From contig JAQVXE010000002.1 of NCBI GenBank assembly GCA_028709305.1, forward strand, positions 4,097 through 68,096: a stretch of 64,000 nucleotides of DNA, in the 5' to 3' direction. This document shows positions 35,032-46,242 of this stretch, piece by piece (the stretch's first letter is position 1; each line of letters opens with the position of its first letter). This DNA comes from Bacillota bacterium. Its GTDB lineage: Bacteria; Bacillota; DTU025. The translations under genes were made by a program, and so were the position numbers. Below the pieces are notes generated by a model. That model had not been told where the DNA came from. It worked only from the letters and a program-made list of their open reading frames with translations, and did not search any database.

Positions 35032-38031
35032 TTGCCGGGCAAAGGAATGGACGAACCTATGCAAAACGACAGAAGTTGCAGATCACAACGGCCTACAAGA
35101 CATGCACGGATTGAACGACTGACTATGATCCCGAGTTCAGCTGTGGCCTTCGTCACAGCCATTGCAGTCATGCTCTTCGGCCTCATCTCGAGCGTATCGA
35201 GGCCGGCGGCTTGCGCAAGTAGCGCAGAGAGCATGGCCGGTATTCTTTTGTCCAACTCCATTGTGAGGCCAATCGCAGATGGCGCAACCTTCGAGCGAAT
35301 GACGGCATTGACTTCGGCTGGATGGGTCCAGATGTCAGTGATGCGCGTGGACCTATCTTCGCCAAGTATTGCTGTGGGGCCCGTCCTGGCTGACGGTGTA
35401 TTGACATCCCCAAAGAGCGTTACGTCTATCGCCAAGGAATGCGGTCTCGTTGCAGCGATCAACGGCGACTTTTTTGACATGGGCGCAACTTCGGCCCCCC
35501 TGTCACTACTCGTCGCAGACGGACAAATAATCCGCTCCCCGCGAAAGGATTCTGATTTTGCTTCGCTTGTGATATTCGAGGACGATACAGGTCTTGTTGG
35601 ACAGTGGACATGGAAAGGTGTTCTCAAAGGCCCAAACGGCATCGAAATCACCCTTGCCGGACTGAATGAGATATCTGTTCCATCCAACCTCGCCGTCTTG
35701 TACGACCATCACTGGTCATGGGAAAGGCGGCCCGGAAACAGCGATGTGCATCACCTTGCCATAAGGGAAGGAGTGGTAGAATCCTTCTCCGCCGGATGGC
35801 CTGCACCCAAATCCTCTGCCTCTCCAAATGGCATGAATGGGTCAAGCAGCGCTCCTACTCCTGGCGACCAGCCTGGCGCCGACGGCACCGCTGGCTCCTG
35901 CACCGATGCGGACGCTCAAGCCCCTGAACTATCCAATGACGAGCTCATCTACGTAGTCCTCAGAGGGCATTCGGCCCAAATCGCCCAGAAGCTCTTGCCT
36001 GGAGATCCTGTCTCAATCGAGGCAACGCTTGCGCCCACAACACCGGGAATCCTATCTGCCTTCTCTGGAAAGCCCGTGCTTGTCGAGGATGGCGCCGTCG
36101 TTTCCGGCCTGTGGGCGCACACTGGAATCCAGTCCTTGTTTGCCGCTCCACGCACTGCCGTAGGCCTCACAGAGGATGGCAAGACTCTGATCATGGCAGT
36201 AGTCGACGGTCGACTGCCTGGTGCAAGAGGCGTTACCCTTAGGGAACTGGCCGAAATAATGATCTCACTTGGCGCTCACGAAGCCCTCAACCTCGATGGC
36301 GGAGGCTCTTCTACCGCGGCCATTCAAGATCTCATTACTGGCCGCGTAGTCCTTGCTAACCGCCCTTCAGGCGGCGCGCAGAGGCGGGTGCCATACGCCA
36401 TAGGTGTATGGCACACCGCATCACAGGCCGCAGAAGCAGACTCCGAGGATGGCGGTAGCGCCTTCGATGACAACCAATCTGCTGCCCGGATACCTGCCTT
36501 CATCTCGGTCTCGGTGGAGTCCGAACGCCTAACCGCCAATGTCGAAGACCTTGGGGGCGCTGGCAGCGACGACGCAACCGAGCGTACACACCTTGGATCT
36601 TTTCCTTCTATTGAGGCCGCAGTCATAGGAGGTCCCACGTTTCTTGCGGGGTCTGAAGTCTCATTGGATGTGCATTCGAACGCAATTCTCACAGCTGCCG
36701 TCTACGATTCATCAGGCCAGCCCATGGATCCAGACAATATCCCCGATAACGTCGAGATTGTCTGGGAAATCACTCCGCCCAAGAACCTGCGAGGCATACC
36801 CCTACCCGAAGAGCTGTGGTCCGTATCGGAAGACTCTTTCTCTGCCGTCTTGTTCTGCGGCACCCCTGGCAGATTCATCATCACAGTCAAGGCAGTAGAG
36901 GCTGAACAGGAGCTCGCCTCAGGAGAAGTGGCAGTGCAGCCCGAAACGCCCATAGGCGAGGGCTCGCCGTTGGCACAGACATCCCTGTCAGTGCGAACTG
37001 TTGATCAAGAGAATGCAATCGTGCCGATGGCCATAGGCACCAACGCAAGGATGGTAAACGAGGCTTCCGTGTGTATTGCACTGGTGGAGGATTTCGAAAG
37101 CGCAATTCCCTGGGTTGGAGCAGCATCCTCGCCCTCGGTTGGCTGCGTGGTGGAGACTTTGAACATGGAAACTTCGGAATCCGAGTGCCCGCCCCCGGTT
37201 GCCAGCGAGGCTGGCAAGCTTCCAGAGCCCGCAGGAATGGCTCTTGCCATGGACTATGATCTGAGGGCTCCGGAACAGACGCGAGCAGCGTATGTTAGGC
37301 CTCCCCGCCCTACTCTGCTTCCCGTCGGGACCTCTGCCATCTTGATGTGGGTGTACGGCGACGGGGGAGGCAATTGGCTCCGCGCAACAATTCGCGATTC
37401 TCATGGAAAGGAAACTCCTATCGATTTCCCCAGGATTGATTGGGTAGGCTGGAGAGTCGTGGAGGCCTCCATTCCTGCGGCGCTCGTTCCCCCATTCCAT
37501 CTGGTACAAGTATATATTGTCGAGTTCAAGTCTGAGCTTAAGAGCGCCGGAAGAATCGTCATTGACAACGTATCAACCCTAATGGCCCAGGTTGGCCCCC
37601 GCCCCCTTGACCAGGATATTGAGAAACTTCTGCATTCAACCCCCGGACGCCATGTCGTGAGGATCGACGCGGCAAGGCGGCCGCTGCCATGGCAAGACAT
37701 GCTGGCCGAGTTTGAACACTTCAAGGCATCCGACGAAATAGAGCTGGTCGTGGTGCTACGGGGACCCAATGCTGTGGATATCGACTCCCTAGAGGCTGGA
37801 GAAGCATTCCGCGATCCCCTTGAAGCAGAGCTGCTCATGGAGATCCTGAAAAGCCTGGCTGACGGCGCGACTTCAGTAGTGCTTGTTCAGGATGCCCCTG
37901 CCACTAGCATGTTGGCTGGTATGCTAGGCGCTGGCCGCAACATGGAGGCATTCATCGATGGAATTCAGGTCATCTGGCGCGAATCAGAGCTTGAGGCGGA
38001 GAATGGGTCTGCCTTCCTTCGTGGCAACTAA
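35032..38031 (+). CDS. large secreted or membrane-anchored protein with a phosphodiester glycosidase (NAGPA/DUF2233) domain and a roughly 500-aa C-terminal extension
   Basis: 999 aa. The likely start is the internal ATG at 35125, followed by a TM or signal segment. Domain motifs are AINGDFFDM and TAVGLTEDGKTLIMAVVDGR...LNLDGGGSST. The C-terminal half is acidic with no recognised motif. Confidence 0.65.
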   Translation: MPGKGMDEPMQNDRSCRSQRPTRHARIERLTMIPSSAVAFVTAIAVMLFGLISSVSRPAACASSAESMAGILLSNSIVRPIADGATFERMTALTSAGWVQMSVMRVDLSSPSIAVGPVLADGVLTSPKSVTSIAKECGLVAAINGDFFDMGATSAPLSLLVADGQIIRSPRKDSDFASLVIFEDDTGLVGQWTWKGVLKGPNGIEITLAGLNEISVPSNLAVLYDHHWSWERRPGNSDVHHLAIREGVVESFSAGWPAPKSSASPNGMNGSSSAPTPGDQPGADGTAGSCTDADAQAPELSNDELIYVVLRGHSAQIAQKLLPGDPVSIEATLAPTTPGILSAFSGKPVLVEDGAVVSGLWAHTGIQSLFAAPRTAVGLTEDGKTLIMAVVDGRLPGARGVTLRELAEIMISLGAHEALNLDGGGSSTAAIQDLITGRVVLANRPSGGAQRRVPYAIGVWHTASQAAEADSEDGGSAFDDNQSAARIPAFISVSVESERLTANVEDLGGAGSDDATERTHLGSFPSIEAAVIGGPTFLAGSEVSLDVHSNAILTAAVYDSSGQPMDPDNIPDNVEIVWEITPPKNLRGIPLPEELWSVSEDSFSAVLFCGTPGRFIITVKAVEAEQELASGEVAVQPETPIGEGSPLAQTSLSVRTVDQENAIVPMAIGTNARMVNEASVCIALVEDFESAIPWVGAASSPSVGCVVETLNMETSESECPPPVASEAGKLPEPAGMALAMDYDLRAPEQTRAAYVRPPRPTLLPVGTSAILMWVYGDGGGNWLRATIRDSHGKETPIDFPRIDWVGWRVVEASIPAALVPPFHLVQVYIVEFKSELKSAGRIVIDNVSTLMAQVGPRPLDQDIEKLLHSTPGRHVVRIDAARRPLPWQDMLAEFEHFKASDEIELVVVLRGPNAVDIDSLEAGEAFRDPLEAELLMEILKSLADGATSVVLVQDAPATSMLAGMLGAGRNMEAFIDGIQVIWRESELEAENGSAFLRGN

Positions 38032-38317
38032 CCCCTCGTGCAGCGCATGCTAGTTCAAAGCTGCTGGGGTATCCGCCGAACAGGGCAACACAGCTACACA
38101 GACCGTCCGCCAGTTTGCGCTCTGCCCCTCCCGCGGCCAAATCAACCAATCTTGGCACCACACCCCCCCGGGGATCTAAGAAATGCAAAAGAGGAACAAG
38201 CCATGATGATGGCTCATTCCCCTTGTCTTCCATGTCTTCAGCAGCCAGCGCCATGGGCTGCTTGAGCCCATGAATGTGGCCACAGACAAAGACTGCACAA
38301 TATCGTAAGGTCGCCTT

Positions 38318-38710
38318 TTACCTCTTGGAGAACTGAGGTGCCTTTCGGGCCTTCTTCAGGCCGTACTTGTGCCGCTCCTTCATGCGTGGATCGCGTGTGA
38401 GGAGCCCTGCCTTCTTCAGAACTGTCCTGAGTTCAGGCTCGCCTTCAGAAAGTGCCCTAGCTATTCCATGACGTACCGCTCCGGCCTGCCCACTTAGCCC
38501 GCCACCTGATACATGAATGGCAGCATCATACTTGCCGATAGTATTCGTCACTTCAAACGGCTCTCGTGCAAGCAGCTCCAGAGTCTGGCGTCCAAAATAC
38601 TCTTCACTAGGCTTGCCGTTGATTATGATCTTCCCAGTTCCCGGCGTCAGCCTCACACGGGCCACTGAGCACTTGCGCCTTCCCGTCGCGGCATACTGCA
38701 ACTGCGCCAC
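38318..38710 (-). CDS. rpsI: 30S ribosomal protein S9
   Basis: 130 aa ending in the canonical [16 protein letters not shown]. Confidence 0.95.
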   Translation of the reverse strand: MAQLQYAATGRRKCSVARVRLTPGTGKIIINGKPSEEYFGRQTLELLAREPFEVTNTIGKYDAAIHVSGGGLSGQAGAVRHGIARALSEGEPELRTVLKKAGLLTRDPRMKERHKYGLKKARKAPQFSKR

Positions 38711-38735
38711 AGAGTAATCCCCCTTCCTCGCCCGC

Positions 38736-39173
38736 TTATACGGTTATTTCGAGCGGCTCAGGCATCTGCGCCGCATGCGGGTGCTCCGATCCCGCGTAAA
38801 TTTTGAGCTTTTTAGACATCTGTCTCCCAAGCCTGTTCTTGGGGAGCATGCCAACTATGGCCTTCTGAACCGCTCTTTCAGGCCTGGTCGAAAGAAACTC
38901 TTCGTAAGTCATCTGGCGAATCCCACCAGGGTATCCTGTGTGCCAGTAGTGAATCTTGGTCTGACGCTTGTTCCCCGTCAGGACTACCTTATCAGCGTTG
39001 ATGACTATCACATGATCGCCCACGTCCATATGAGGAGAGTAGATCGGCTTATGCTTGCCCTTGAGTATCTTAGCTACCTCGCTCGCGAGCCTGCCCAAAG
39101 GCTTGCCTTCAGCATCTACCACGTACCACTTGCGCGATATCTCCCCCGCCTTAGGCGTGTATGTGCGTGACAT
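38736..39173 (-). CDS. rplM: 50S ribosomal protein L13
   Basis: About 145 aa from the internal ATG at 39173, with GGGAGGG upstream. Motif [18 protein letters not shown]. Confidence 0.95.
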   Translation of the reverse strand: MSRTYTPKAGEISRKWYVVDAEGKPLGRLASEVAKILKGKHKPIYSPHMDVGDHVIVINADKVVLTGNKRQTKIHYWHTGYPGGIRQMTYEEFLSTRPERAVQKAIVGMLPKNRLGRQMSKKLKIYAGSEHPHAAQMPEPLEITV

Positions 39174-39284
39174 CAGGTTCCCTCCCAGCTTCAACTGCTC
39201 TTCTGAGTATCATCAGTGGTTCCGGGGTTTGGCGCCACTGGTACAAAACTCACCAAGCAATTTTAATATAGCCTAAATAGACTG

Positions 39285-40124
39285 TCAAGGAGAGGCGAGA
39301 CTGCCTATGGGTTCCGGATAGGCTACCTTTACCAAATAAAGGCCGTCCGGTGGAGCAGTCGCGGGGCCAAGTCTTCTATCTCGCGACTCAAGCAATTGTG
39401 CCGGACCATCCGGGTCCATCCTTCCCATTCCCACCTCTAGAAGCGCCCCAACTATGGTGCGCGCCATCTTGTATAAAAATCCGTCCGCCTCGATCTCCAC
39501 AACCACCAGGTCAAGTCCTAGGGACTCCCAACTCTCATGCCAAACCTCAAGCCGGCGTATGGTGCGAACACTGGTCTTCGCCGACGACCCTCTGGCAGCA
39601 AAGGCCGAGAAGTCATGCCTTCCTACAAGCTGAGCACCGGCTGCTTCCATCGCCTCCACCGCCTCTTCAGGCAATGCATTCCTCGTAGGCAGAGCTCTGC
39701 CCGCAAGCAATGCGCTACCGGTGCGCGCCGCCGGGATCCTTGCGGCCTCAGGCATAACCAAATACCTGTATACCTTCCACAGCGCATCGAAACGCGCGTT
39801 GAAAGCTTCCGGAACCTCAAAGGATCTCACTATCCTAATGTCGTAAGGCAAGATCGGGTTCAGCGCCGCAGCGAACCTCTGAGCAGGGATTCTGGAATCA
39901 GTCTTGAAGTTCGCTACCTGTCCTAAGGCATGGACCCCGGCATCCGTTCGGCCGGCGCCCACTATCCTAAGTCTCTCTCCAGTAAGCCGGAGTATTGCAT
40001 CTTCCACAGAGCCCTGCACCGTGCGCACGGGCCGGTTTTTCCTTCCGCAACCAGCCTCAGGTTGAAACTGAAACCCCTGATATCCCGTACCCACATACTC
40101 CACTACAATGCCAATGTTGCGCAT
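39285..40124 (-). CDS. truA: tRNA pseudouridine(38-40) synthase TruA
   Basis: About 279 aa from the ATG at 40124. Motifs VEYVGTGYQGFQ and GAGRTDAGVHA. Confidence 0.9.
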   Translation of the reverse strand: MRNIGIVVEYVGTGYQGFQFQPEAGCGRKNRPVRTVQGSVEDAILRLTGERLRIVGAGRTDAGVHALGQVANFKTDSRIPAQRFAAALNPILPYDIRIVRSFEVPEAFNARFDALWKVYRYLVMPEAARIPAARTGSALLAGRALPTRNALPEEAVEAMEAAGAQLVGRHDFSAFAARGSSAKTSVRTIRRLEVWHESWESLGLDLVVVEIEADGFLYKMARTIVGALLEVGMGRMDPDGPAQLLESRDRRLGPATAPPDGLYLVKVAYPEPIGSLASP

Positions 40125-40125
40125 C

Positions 40126-40938
40126 TCACAACGCCACCGCCACAGCCACAGTATACGCTCCCGCCACAATCAGCACTGCTAGATCCTCCCCGCTGAAAGC
40201 CAATTCCCTCAGGCGCGTCCTGCCTTCGCCACCCCTATAGCATCTGGCCTCCATCGCCACCGCCAGCTCGTCAGCTCTGCGAAAAGCACTTACGAAGAGC
40301 GGCACGAGAATGGGTATCATAGCCTTGGCCCTCTTGGCAATGTTGCCGGATTCAAAGTCAGCACCCCTCGCCATCTGCGCCTTCATGATCTTGTCAGTCT
40401 CCTCCAGCAATGTCGGTATGAAGCGCAGCGCAATAGTCATCATCATTGCAAGCTCATGGGCGGGCAATCCGAGACGCGCAAACGGCGCAAGCAGGCGTTC
40501 CAGCCCATCCGTAAATGCAATTGGAGACGTAGTCATGGTCACAATCGATGTGGCAAGGACCAGAAGGGTCAGCCTGACAACGGTAACAATCCCTAGCCTC
40601 AGCCCTTGATCAGTTGCTGTGATTCTTCCGATGCTGAACAGCGCCTCTCCTGGATCCATAAACAGATGTAGCACGAAAGTGAGCACCATTATGAAGGTAA
40701 GCGGACGCAAACTTCGGAAGACCAGCTTGACAGGTACCCCCGAGATTGCGATCGCAAGGACAATGGGAACTGCAAGCAAGGCATATGCCAAGGGATTGCT
40801 TACCACGAAAAGCACGATGATTATCCCAAGCGACACCAGCATCTTTGTCCGCGGATCAAGCCTGTGCATAAGAGATTCCCCAGGCATGTACTGGCCGACT
40901 GCTGCATTGGCGAAGTTCATCTTCCACCCCCCCCACAT
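40126..40938 (-). CDS. ecfT: ECF transporter transmembrane (T) component
   Basis: 270 aa, polytopic, CbiQ/EcfT family. The start is possibly the internal ATG at 40920. Confidence 0.85.
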   Translation of the reverse strand: MWGGWKMNFANAAVGQYMPGESLMHRLDPRTKMLVSLGIIIVLFVVSNPLAYALLAVPIVLAIAISGVPVKLVFRSLRPLTFIMVLTFVLHLFMDPGEALFSIGRITATDQGLRLGIVTVVRLTLLVLATSIVTMTTSPIAFTDGLERLLAPFARLGLPAHELAMMMTIALRFIPTLLEETDKIMKAQMARGADFESGNIAKRAKAMIPILVPLFVSAFRRADELAVAMEARCYRGGEGRTRLRELAFSGEDLAVLIVAGAYTVAVAVAL

Positions 40939-41882
40939 GGAGAGTCAGATTCGCCCGCCATGCCTGATGCAGCAAGAAGCGATGGCAGCAAAGCCTCTGA
41001 TGCCTCATCAACTGTGATCACATCAGTCGGGAAGTTATGCCCCCGCCTCGCAAGCTCTGCCATGAGGTCAGTGATCTGTGGAACACCCAAACCCATCTCC
41101 ACCAGCTCATCGCGGCGCTGGAACACATCGCGCGGCCGGCCATCCATGGCTATCCTGCCGTCCTCCATAACTACCAGCCTGTTTGCGAATCTTGCAACAT
41201 CCTCCATGCTATGGGAGACGAGAACAACTGTGTACCCGTGTTCATCGTGGAGCGCCTGAATCTCCCTGAGAACATCCTCCCTGCCCCGCGGATCCATACC
41301 AGCAGTAGGCTCGTCCAGAATCAACACCTTTGGCCTCATGGCAATGACGCCGGCTATTGCGACACGTCTCTTCTGTCCGCCCGACAGCTCAAAAGGGGAT
41401 CTCTCCGCGAATTCATCATAGTCGAGGTCCACAATGCGCATCGCCTCACGGACCGCATCATCGACCGCATTGTCCGACAGGCCCATGTTCCTGGGAGCAA
41501 ACGCGATATCAGATGCAACAGACTCCTCAAAAAGCTGATGCTCAGGGTATTGAAAGACCAGGCCTACTTTTCTCCTTATGTCCCTCAACGCAACGCCTTT
41601 CTGCCAGATATCCTTCCCATCCACGAATACATGCCCTGAATCAGGTCTCAAAAGGCCGTTGAAATGCTGGACGAGCGTGGACTTTCCAGAGCCGGTCCTG
41701 CCTATGATCGCTACAAGCTCTCCTTCGGCAATCGACAATGTCACGTGCTTAAGGGCCTGACGCGCCAGGGGCGTGCCACGCATGTACGTATGACATAGAT
41801 TTCGAACTTCAATGACTGTGGAGCTCACTTCTGCACGGCCCCCTGCCCAAAAGAGTCCCGATGTCATCAGCCATTTCCTCAA
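40917..41882 (-). CDS. ecfA2: ECF transporter ATPase A2
   Basis: An ABC domain with GRTGSGKSTL, LSGGQKRRVAIAG and ILDEPTAGMD. The start is uncertain. Confidence 0.85.
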   Translation of the reverse strand: MRKWLMTSGLFWAGGRAEVSSTVIEVRNLCHTYMRGTPLARQALKHVTLSIAEGELVAIIGRTGSGKSTLVQHFNGLLRPDSGHVFVDGKDIWQKGVALRDIRRKVGLVFQYPEHQLFEESVASDIAFAPRNMGLSDNAVDDAVREAMRIVDLDYDEFAERSPFELSGGQKRRVAIAGVIAMRPKVLILDEPTAGMDPRGREDVLREIQALHDEHGYTVVLVSHSMEDVARFANRLVVMEDGRIAMDGRPRDVFQRRDELVEMGLGVPQITDLMAELARRGHNFPTDVITVDEASEALLPSLLAASGMAGESDSPCGGGGR

Positions 41883-42684
41883 CCGTAAGCGGACACCTCG
41901 AAAGCGCCACGCCGGCCGCTTGCAGCTGGCCGGCTAGTTCTGTGACTTGTGGCACATCCAAGTCCAGTTTACGCAATGTTGCCGGCTGCGAAAAGACCTC
42001 CCGGGGCGTTCCCGAGAGGGCAATTCGCCCCTCTTCCATGACGATGACTCGATCTGCATACACAGCTTCATTCATGAAGTGTGTTATGTGCACTATCGAA
42101 ATTCCCTCATCTGAGGCAAGGCGGCGCACTGTGCGCAGTACTTCAGTGCGGCCCACTGGATCAAGCATCGCAGTGGGCTCATCAAGGACGATGCATCTGG
42201 GTCTCATCGCAATCACGCCTGCTATGGCTACTCGTTGTTTCTGACCTCCCGAGAGCATATGGGGCGCAGATTTCTCATACCCAGTCATGTCCACAAGCGC
42301 CAGCGCTTCATCTACGCGTCGCCTTATTTCGCCTGGCTCAACTCCAAGGTTCTCAGGTCCAAAAGCCACGTCCTCTTCTACAGTGGTGGCCACTATCTGA
42401 TTATCAGGGTTCTGAAACACCATGCCCACCGTCTGCCGGATCTCCCACACCCAAGACTCGTCTTGGGTGTTCATCTCGAACACATAGACGTTTCCGCGGG
42501 TAGGAACTAGCAAGGCGTTCATATGCTTAGCCAGCGTAGACTTGCCTGAGCCGTTGTGTCCGATAACAGCCACAAATTCCCCAGGCCAGATCTTCAGGCT
42601 AACGTCGAGAAGCGCCTCTACCTGCTCCTGGTTACCACCATCGTAGGCATAGCTCACATTCTCGACGTGCACTACGGGCTTCAT
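41809..42684 (-). CDS. ecfA1: ECF transporter ATPase A1
   Basis: 291 aa with GHNGSGKSTL and LSGGQKQRVAIAG. Confidence 0.85.
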   Translation of the reverse strand: MKPVVHVENVSYAYDGGNQEQVEALLDVSLKIWPGEFVAVIGHNGSGKSTLAKHMNALLVPTRGNVYVFEMNTQDESWVWEIRQTVGMVFQNPDNQIVATTVEEDVAFGPENLGVEPGEIRRRVDEALALVDMTGYEKSAPHMLSGGQKQRVAIAGVIAMRPRCIVLDEPTAMLDPVGRTEVLRTVRRLASDEGISIVHITHFMNEAVYADRVIVMEEGRIALSGTPREVFSQPATLRKLDLDVPQVTELAGQLQAAGVALSRCPLTVEEMADDIGTLLGRGPCRSELHSH

Positions 42685-42690
42685 GCTACA

Positions 42691-43077
42691 TCACTTCTTG
42701 GCTTTGGCCGAGCCAGCGATTACGCTGCTGCCGGGCATGTCAACCAGCTCAATAATGGCCAGCGGCGCACCGTCTCCGCGTCTTTGGCCAAGCTTGATTA
42801 TGCGAGTGTACCCGCCCGGTCTATCAATGCTCGCAGGCCCAATCTCACCAAACAGCCTTTGCAGCGCTGCAGGATCCGTCACGTAAGTGGCTGCAAGGCG
42901 TCTATTATGAAGATCATTCGTCTTTGCCCATGTTATGAGTCTTTCAGCAATTGGGCGTATCTCTTTTGCCTTCGCTTCAGTGGTGATCATCTTGTCGTGT
43001 AGAAACAGCGACGTCACCGAGCCCCGGAAAAGAGCACGCCGCTCCTCCGCTGTACGGCTGAGCTTTCTGCGGCTCAT
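42691..43077 (-). CDS. rplQ: 50S ribosomal protein L17
   Basis: 128 aa. Confidence 0.95.
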   Translation of the reverse strand: MSRRKLSRTAEERRALFRGSVTSLFLHDKMITTEAKAKEIRPIAERLITWAKTNDLHNRRLAATYVTDPAALQRLFGEIGPASIDRPGGYTRIIKLGQRRGDGAPLAIIELVDMPGSSVIAGSAKAKK

Positions 43078-43097
43078 CTGCGCTCTCCTCCCTTACA

Positions 43098-44081
43098 CTA
43101 CTCTTCAGGCTGTCGCAACGACAGCCCTAGCGAGTCAAGCTTCTGCTTGACTTCTTCAAGCGATTTGCGTCCCAGATTCCTCACCTTGAGCATTTCCTCT
43201 TCAGTCTTGTGGATAAGCTCGTCGACGGTGTTTATCCCGGCCCTCTTCAGGCAATTATACGATCGCACCGAAAGATCCAGGTCTTCGATGACCATCTCGA
43301 GCACCCGATCCTCACTCTCGTCCTCGGGTTCCGCTTCAGGCTCAACCTTTACTTCCGGTTCAGTGAGACTGACAAAGAGCTTCATATGCTCATTCATCAT
43401 CGAAGCCGCCATGCTGACAGCTTCTTTCGGAGTGACAGTCCCGTAAGTCCACACTTCGAGAATCAGCCTATCGTAGTCGGTAACCCCGCCTACTCTCGCA
43501 TTCTCAACGGTGTAGTTCACCTTTTCCACCGGAGTGAAAATGGAGTCCATGGGTATTACACCTATGGGTTGCTCAGGCCTTTTGTTCTTCTCGGCCGGCA
43601 CATATCCCCGGCCGGGCTCAACTACGGCCTCAAGCGATAGGACTGCTCCGCGCTCTTCGGTTTTGCCAGTATCCTCGTTTACAGCCTCAACCATGCCCAG
43701 GGTAGCAATGTGAAGTTCGGGGTTGAGTATGTCTATTTCAGCATCTGCCTCAAAATCAGCAGCTACAACGTCACCAGGGCCCTCAGCATTGAGCCGAATG
43801 ACCTTGGGAACATCCGTGTGCAATCTTACAAGAAGGCTTTTGAGGTTCAGGATGATATCTGTCACATCCTCGTAAACCCCGGGAATAGTCGAGAACTCGT
43901 GCAACACCCCATCGATCTTGACCGAGGTGACTGCAGCCCCGGGCAATGACGACAGAAGGATCCTGCGCAATGAGTTGCCCAGAGTTATGCCGTATCCCCT
44001 TTCAAGAGGCTCCACGACAAACTTACCATATCGGTCGCCATCCTCCTGGCAATCGATTCTAGGCCTTGGAGATTCAATCAT
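43098..44081 (-). CDS. rpoA: DNA-directed RNA polymerase alpha subunit
   Basis: About 327 aa from the ATG at 44081, with GGAGGGTG upstream. It has an alpha-NTD and an alpha-CTD ([14 protein letters not shown]). Confidence 0.95.
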   Translation of the reverse strand: MIESPRPRIDCQEDGDRYGKFVVEPLERGYGITLGNSLRRILLSSLPGAAVTSVKIDGVLHEFSTIPGVYEDVTDIILNLKSLLVRLHTDVPKVIRLNAEGPGDVVAADFEADAEIDILNPELHIATLGMVEAVNEDTGKTEERGAVLSLEAVVEPGRGYVPAEKNKRPEQPIGVIPMDSIFTPVEKVNYTVENARVGGVTDYDRLILEVWTYGTVTPKEAVSMAASMMNEHMKLFVSLTEPEVKVEPEAEPEDESEDRVLEMVIEDLDLSVRSYNCLKRAGINTVDELIHKTEEEMLKVRNLGRKSLEEVKQKLDSLGLSLRQPEE

Positions 44082-44118
44082 AGCGCGCTCAGCACCCTCC
44101 TTCCCATTTGGGGCAGCA

Positions 44119-44742
44119 TTACCTCGAGTACAGCTCGACAATCAAGTGTTCCTGGATATCCAGGTCTATCTGATCCCTCGTCGGAACTGACAAGACTTTA
44201 CCGCCCAAACGGTCCTCGTTGACTGAAAGCCATGCGGGCACAGTTACGGGGCCTGCTTCGGCAAGGCTCTTGAAATGCACCAGGTTCTTGCTTGCCGGCC
44301 TCACGGATATCTCATCACCCTCACGCAGCTCATACGATGGTATCGATACTCTCCTGCCGTTTACGTATATGTGTCCATGCCTCACCAGTTGCCTGGCTTC
44401 CGCCCTGGAGGCACCCAAACCCAACCTGTAGACGACATTATCGAGCCTGGTCTCTAGAATAGCAAGGAGGTTCTCGCCTGTAATGCCTCGTCTGCGCTCG
44501 GCCATGTCAAAATACCTTGCAAACTGCGCTTCGTGAACGCCGTATATCCTTCGCAACTTCTGCTTCTCGCGGAGCTGCAAACCATATTCGCTGGTTCTTC
44601 TTCTTCGCTGTCCGTGCTCTCCCGGCGGGTATCCCCTTCGGGCAACAGCACACTTTTCGGTATAACACCTATCTCCCTTGAGGAAAAGCTTTGCTCCCTC
44701 ACGTCGGCACAGCCGGCACACTGATCCGGTATATCTCGCCAT
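44119..44742 (-). CDS. rpsD: 30S ribosomal protein S4
   Basis: 207 aa, starting [16 protein letters not shown]. Confidence 0.95.
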   Translation of the reverse strand: MARYTGSVCRLCRREGAKLFLKGDRCYTEKCAVARRGYPPGEHGQRRRRTSEYGLQLREKQKLRRIYGVHEAQFARYFDMAERRRGITGENLLAILETRLDNVVYRLGLGASRAEARQLVRHGHIYVNGRRVSIPSYELREGDEISVRPASKNLVHFKSLAEAGPVTVPAWLSVNEDRLGGKVLSVPTRDQIDLDIQEHLIVELYSR

Positions 44743-44765
44743 TATCGCACCTCCTGTTCGCCGGG

Positions 44766-45155
44766 TTATACGCGCCGTCTCTTAGGCGGCCTGCATCCGT
44801 TGTGCGGAATCGGCGTAACGTCTTTTATCATGCTCACTTCTAGCCCGGCAGCCTGGAGCGACCTGACTGCGGCCTCTCGTCCACCCCCGGGACCCTTTAC
44901 CAACACTTCGACTGAGCGCATCCCGTGCTCAATAGCACCACGCGCAGCGGTATCCGCAGCCTGCTGAGCCGCAAACGGCGTCCCCTTGCGTGAGCCCTTG
45001 AAGCCCATGGCGCCAGCGGATGACCATGACACAACCGCTCCTCCCGGATCGGTAATTGTGATTAACGTATTGTTGAAGCTAGACTTGATATGGGCTATGC
45101 CAGTCTCGATATTCTTTCGCTGACGTCTCCTGGGCCTTGCCTGTCTCTTTGCCAT
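44766..45155 (-). CDS. rpsK: 30S ribosomal protein S11
   Basis: About 129 aa from the ATG at 45155, with GAGGAGG upstream. Confidence 0.95.
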   Translation of the reverse strand: MAKRQARPRRRQRKNIETGIAHIKSSFNNTLITITDPGGAVVSWSSAGAMGFKGSRKGTPFAAQQAADTAARGAIEHGMRSVEVLVKGPGGGREAAVRSLQAAGLEVSMIKDVTPIPHNGCRPPKRRRV

Positions 45156-45189
45156 CAGTTTTCCTCCTCTCCGCAACGCGCCATGCTAA

Positions 45190-45561
45190 TTATCTCTTCC
45201 TGCGCCCGCCAATAGCCTTCTTGGGGCCCTTGGCTGTTCTGGCATTCGTCTTAGTTCTCTGGCCCCTTACGGGAAGGCCTCGACGATGCCTGAGCCCTCT
45301 GTAAGAGCCTATGTCGACAAGCCTCTTTACGTTTTGGGCCTCTTCACGGCGCAGGTCTCCCTCTACTTTATATCCTCGGTCAATCGCCTCACGCAATTGC
45401 GTGATCTCAGTCTCAGTAAGATCCCTAACCCGCGTGTTCGGATCAATGCCCGTTTCCGCCAGGATCTTCTGGGATGACGTGAGGCCAATGCCGTATATAT
45501 AAGTCATGGCTACCTCTATCCGCTTATCCCTTGGAAGGTCAACACCTGCGATTCGCGCCAT
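45190..45561 (-). CDS. rpsM: 30S ribosomal protein S13
   Basis: About 123 aa, starting [14 protein letters not shown]. Confidence 0.95.
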   Translation of the reverse strand: MARIAGVDLPRDKRIEVAMTYIYGIGLTSSQKILAETGIDPNTRVRDLTETEITQLREAIDRGYKVEGDLRREEAQNVKRLVDIGSYRGLRHRRGLPVRGQRTKTNARTAKGPKKAIGGRRKR

Positions 45562-45576
45562 GCTACTCTGCACCTC

Positions 45577-45690
45577 CTAGCCCTGTCGCTGTTTATGCGT
45601 GGGGTTCTCGCAAATAACTCTGACGCGGCCTTTTCTCTTCACTATCTTACACTTGTCGCACATTTTCTTAATGGACGGTCGTACCTTCAT
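45577..45690 (-). CDS. rpmJ: 50S ribosomal protein L36, zinc-ribbon form
   Basis: Found by hand translation, since it is below the ORF-track size cutoff: [37 protein letters not shown], 37 aa. Confidence 0.9.
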   Translation of the reverse strand: MKVRPSIKKMCDKCKIVKRKGRVRVICENPTHKQRQG

Positions 45691-45701
45691 GCCTAACCCT
45701 C

Positions 45702-45920
45702 CTACTTATATCTCCACACGATCCTGCCGCGAGTCAGATCGTAAGGCGATAGCTGAATGGTGACTCTGTCACCTGGCAGAATCCTGATGAACTTCATGCG
45801 CATCTTGCCCGACACGTGCGCCAACACGGTGTGGCCGTTCTCAAGTTCAACCTTGAACATGGCGTTTGGCAACGGTTCAACAACTGTGCCTTCCACCTCT
45901 ATGGCATCTTCCTTTGCCAT
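45702..45920 (-). CDS. infA: translation initiation factor IF-1
   Basis: 72 aa with an S1-like fold: [13 protein letters not shown]... Confidence 0.95.
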   Translation of the reverse strand: MAKEDAIEVEGTVVEPLPNAMFKVELENGHTVLAHVSGKMRMKFIRILPGDRVTIQLSPYDLTRGRIVWRYK

Positions 45921-45922
45921 AA

Positions 45923-46219
45923 CTAAGCATCCCCCTCCTTCCCGTCTTGAGGTCTGTACACTCTCAAAGCCGTAACAAGTTGCTCGTCGGTGACTGAGTT
46001 TCCAGCCTCGAGCGCGGTTCTTATATCCTCGTCTACCTGCCTCGTAACTATAAGGTGCTTGACATTTTTCCGCTTAGGCTCGCTCACCTTGTGAGTGTCG
46101 CCATCAGCGATGCAAGCGTAACCATTTTCCTCAAGGCCGACTATGACAAAGAGCCTGCCCTTATCCCTGCCCATCTTGGATATTACAAACTGTCCAAGCA
46201 ACGGACTTCCGGATGACAA
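45923..46219 (-). CDS. KOW-domain protein, ybzG-like
   Basis: 98 aa. [21 protein letters not shown] matches the KOW motif of B. subtilis YbzG. It sits between map and infA as in Firmicutes. Confidence 0.7.
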   Translation of the reverse strand: MSSGSPLLGQFVISKMGRDKGRLFVIVGLEENGYACIADGDTHKVSEPKRKNVKHLIVTRQVDEDIRTALEAGNSVTDEQLVTALRVYRPQDGKEGDA

Positions 46220-46242
46220 CCACTCTACACCTGCCTTGCATG

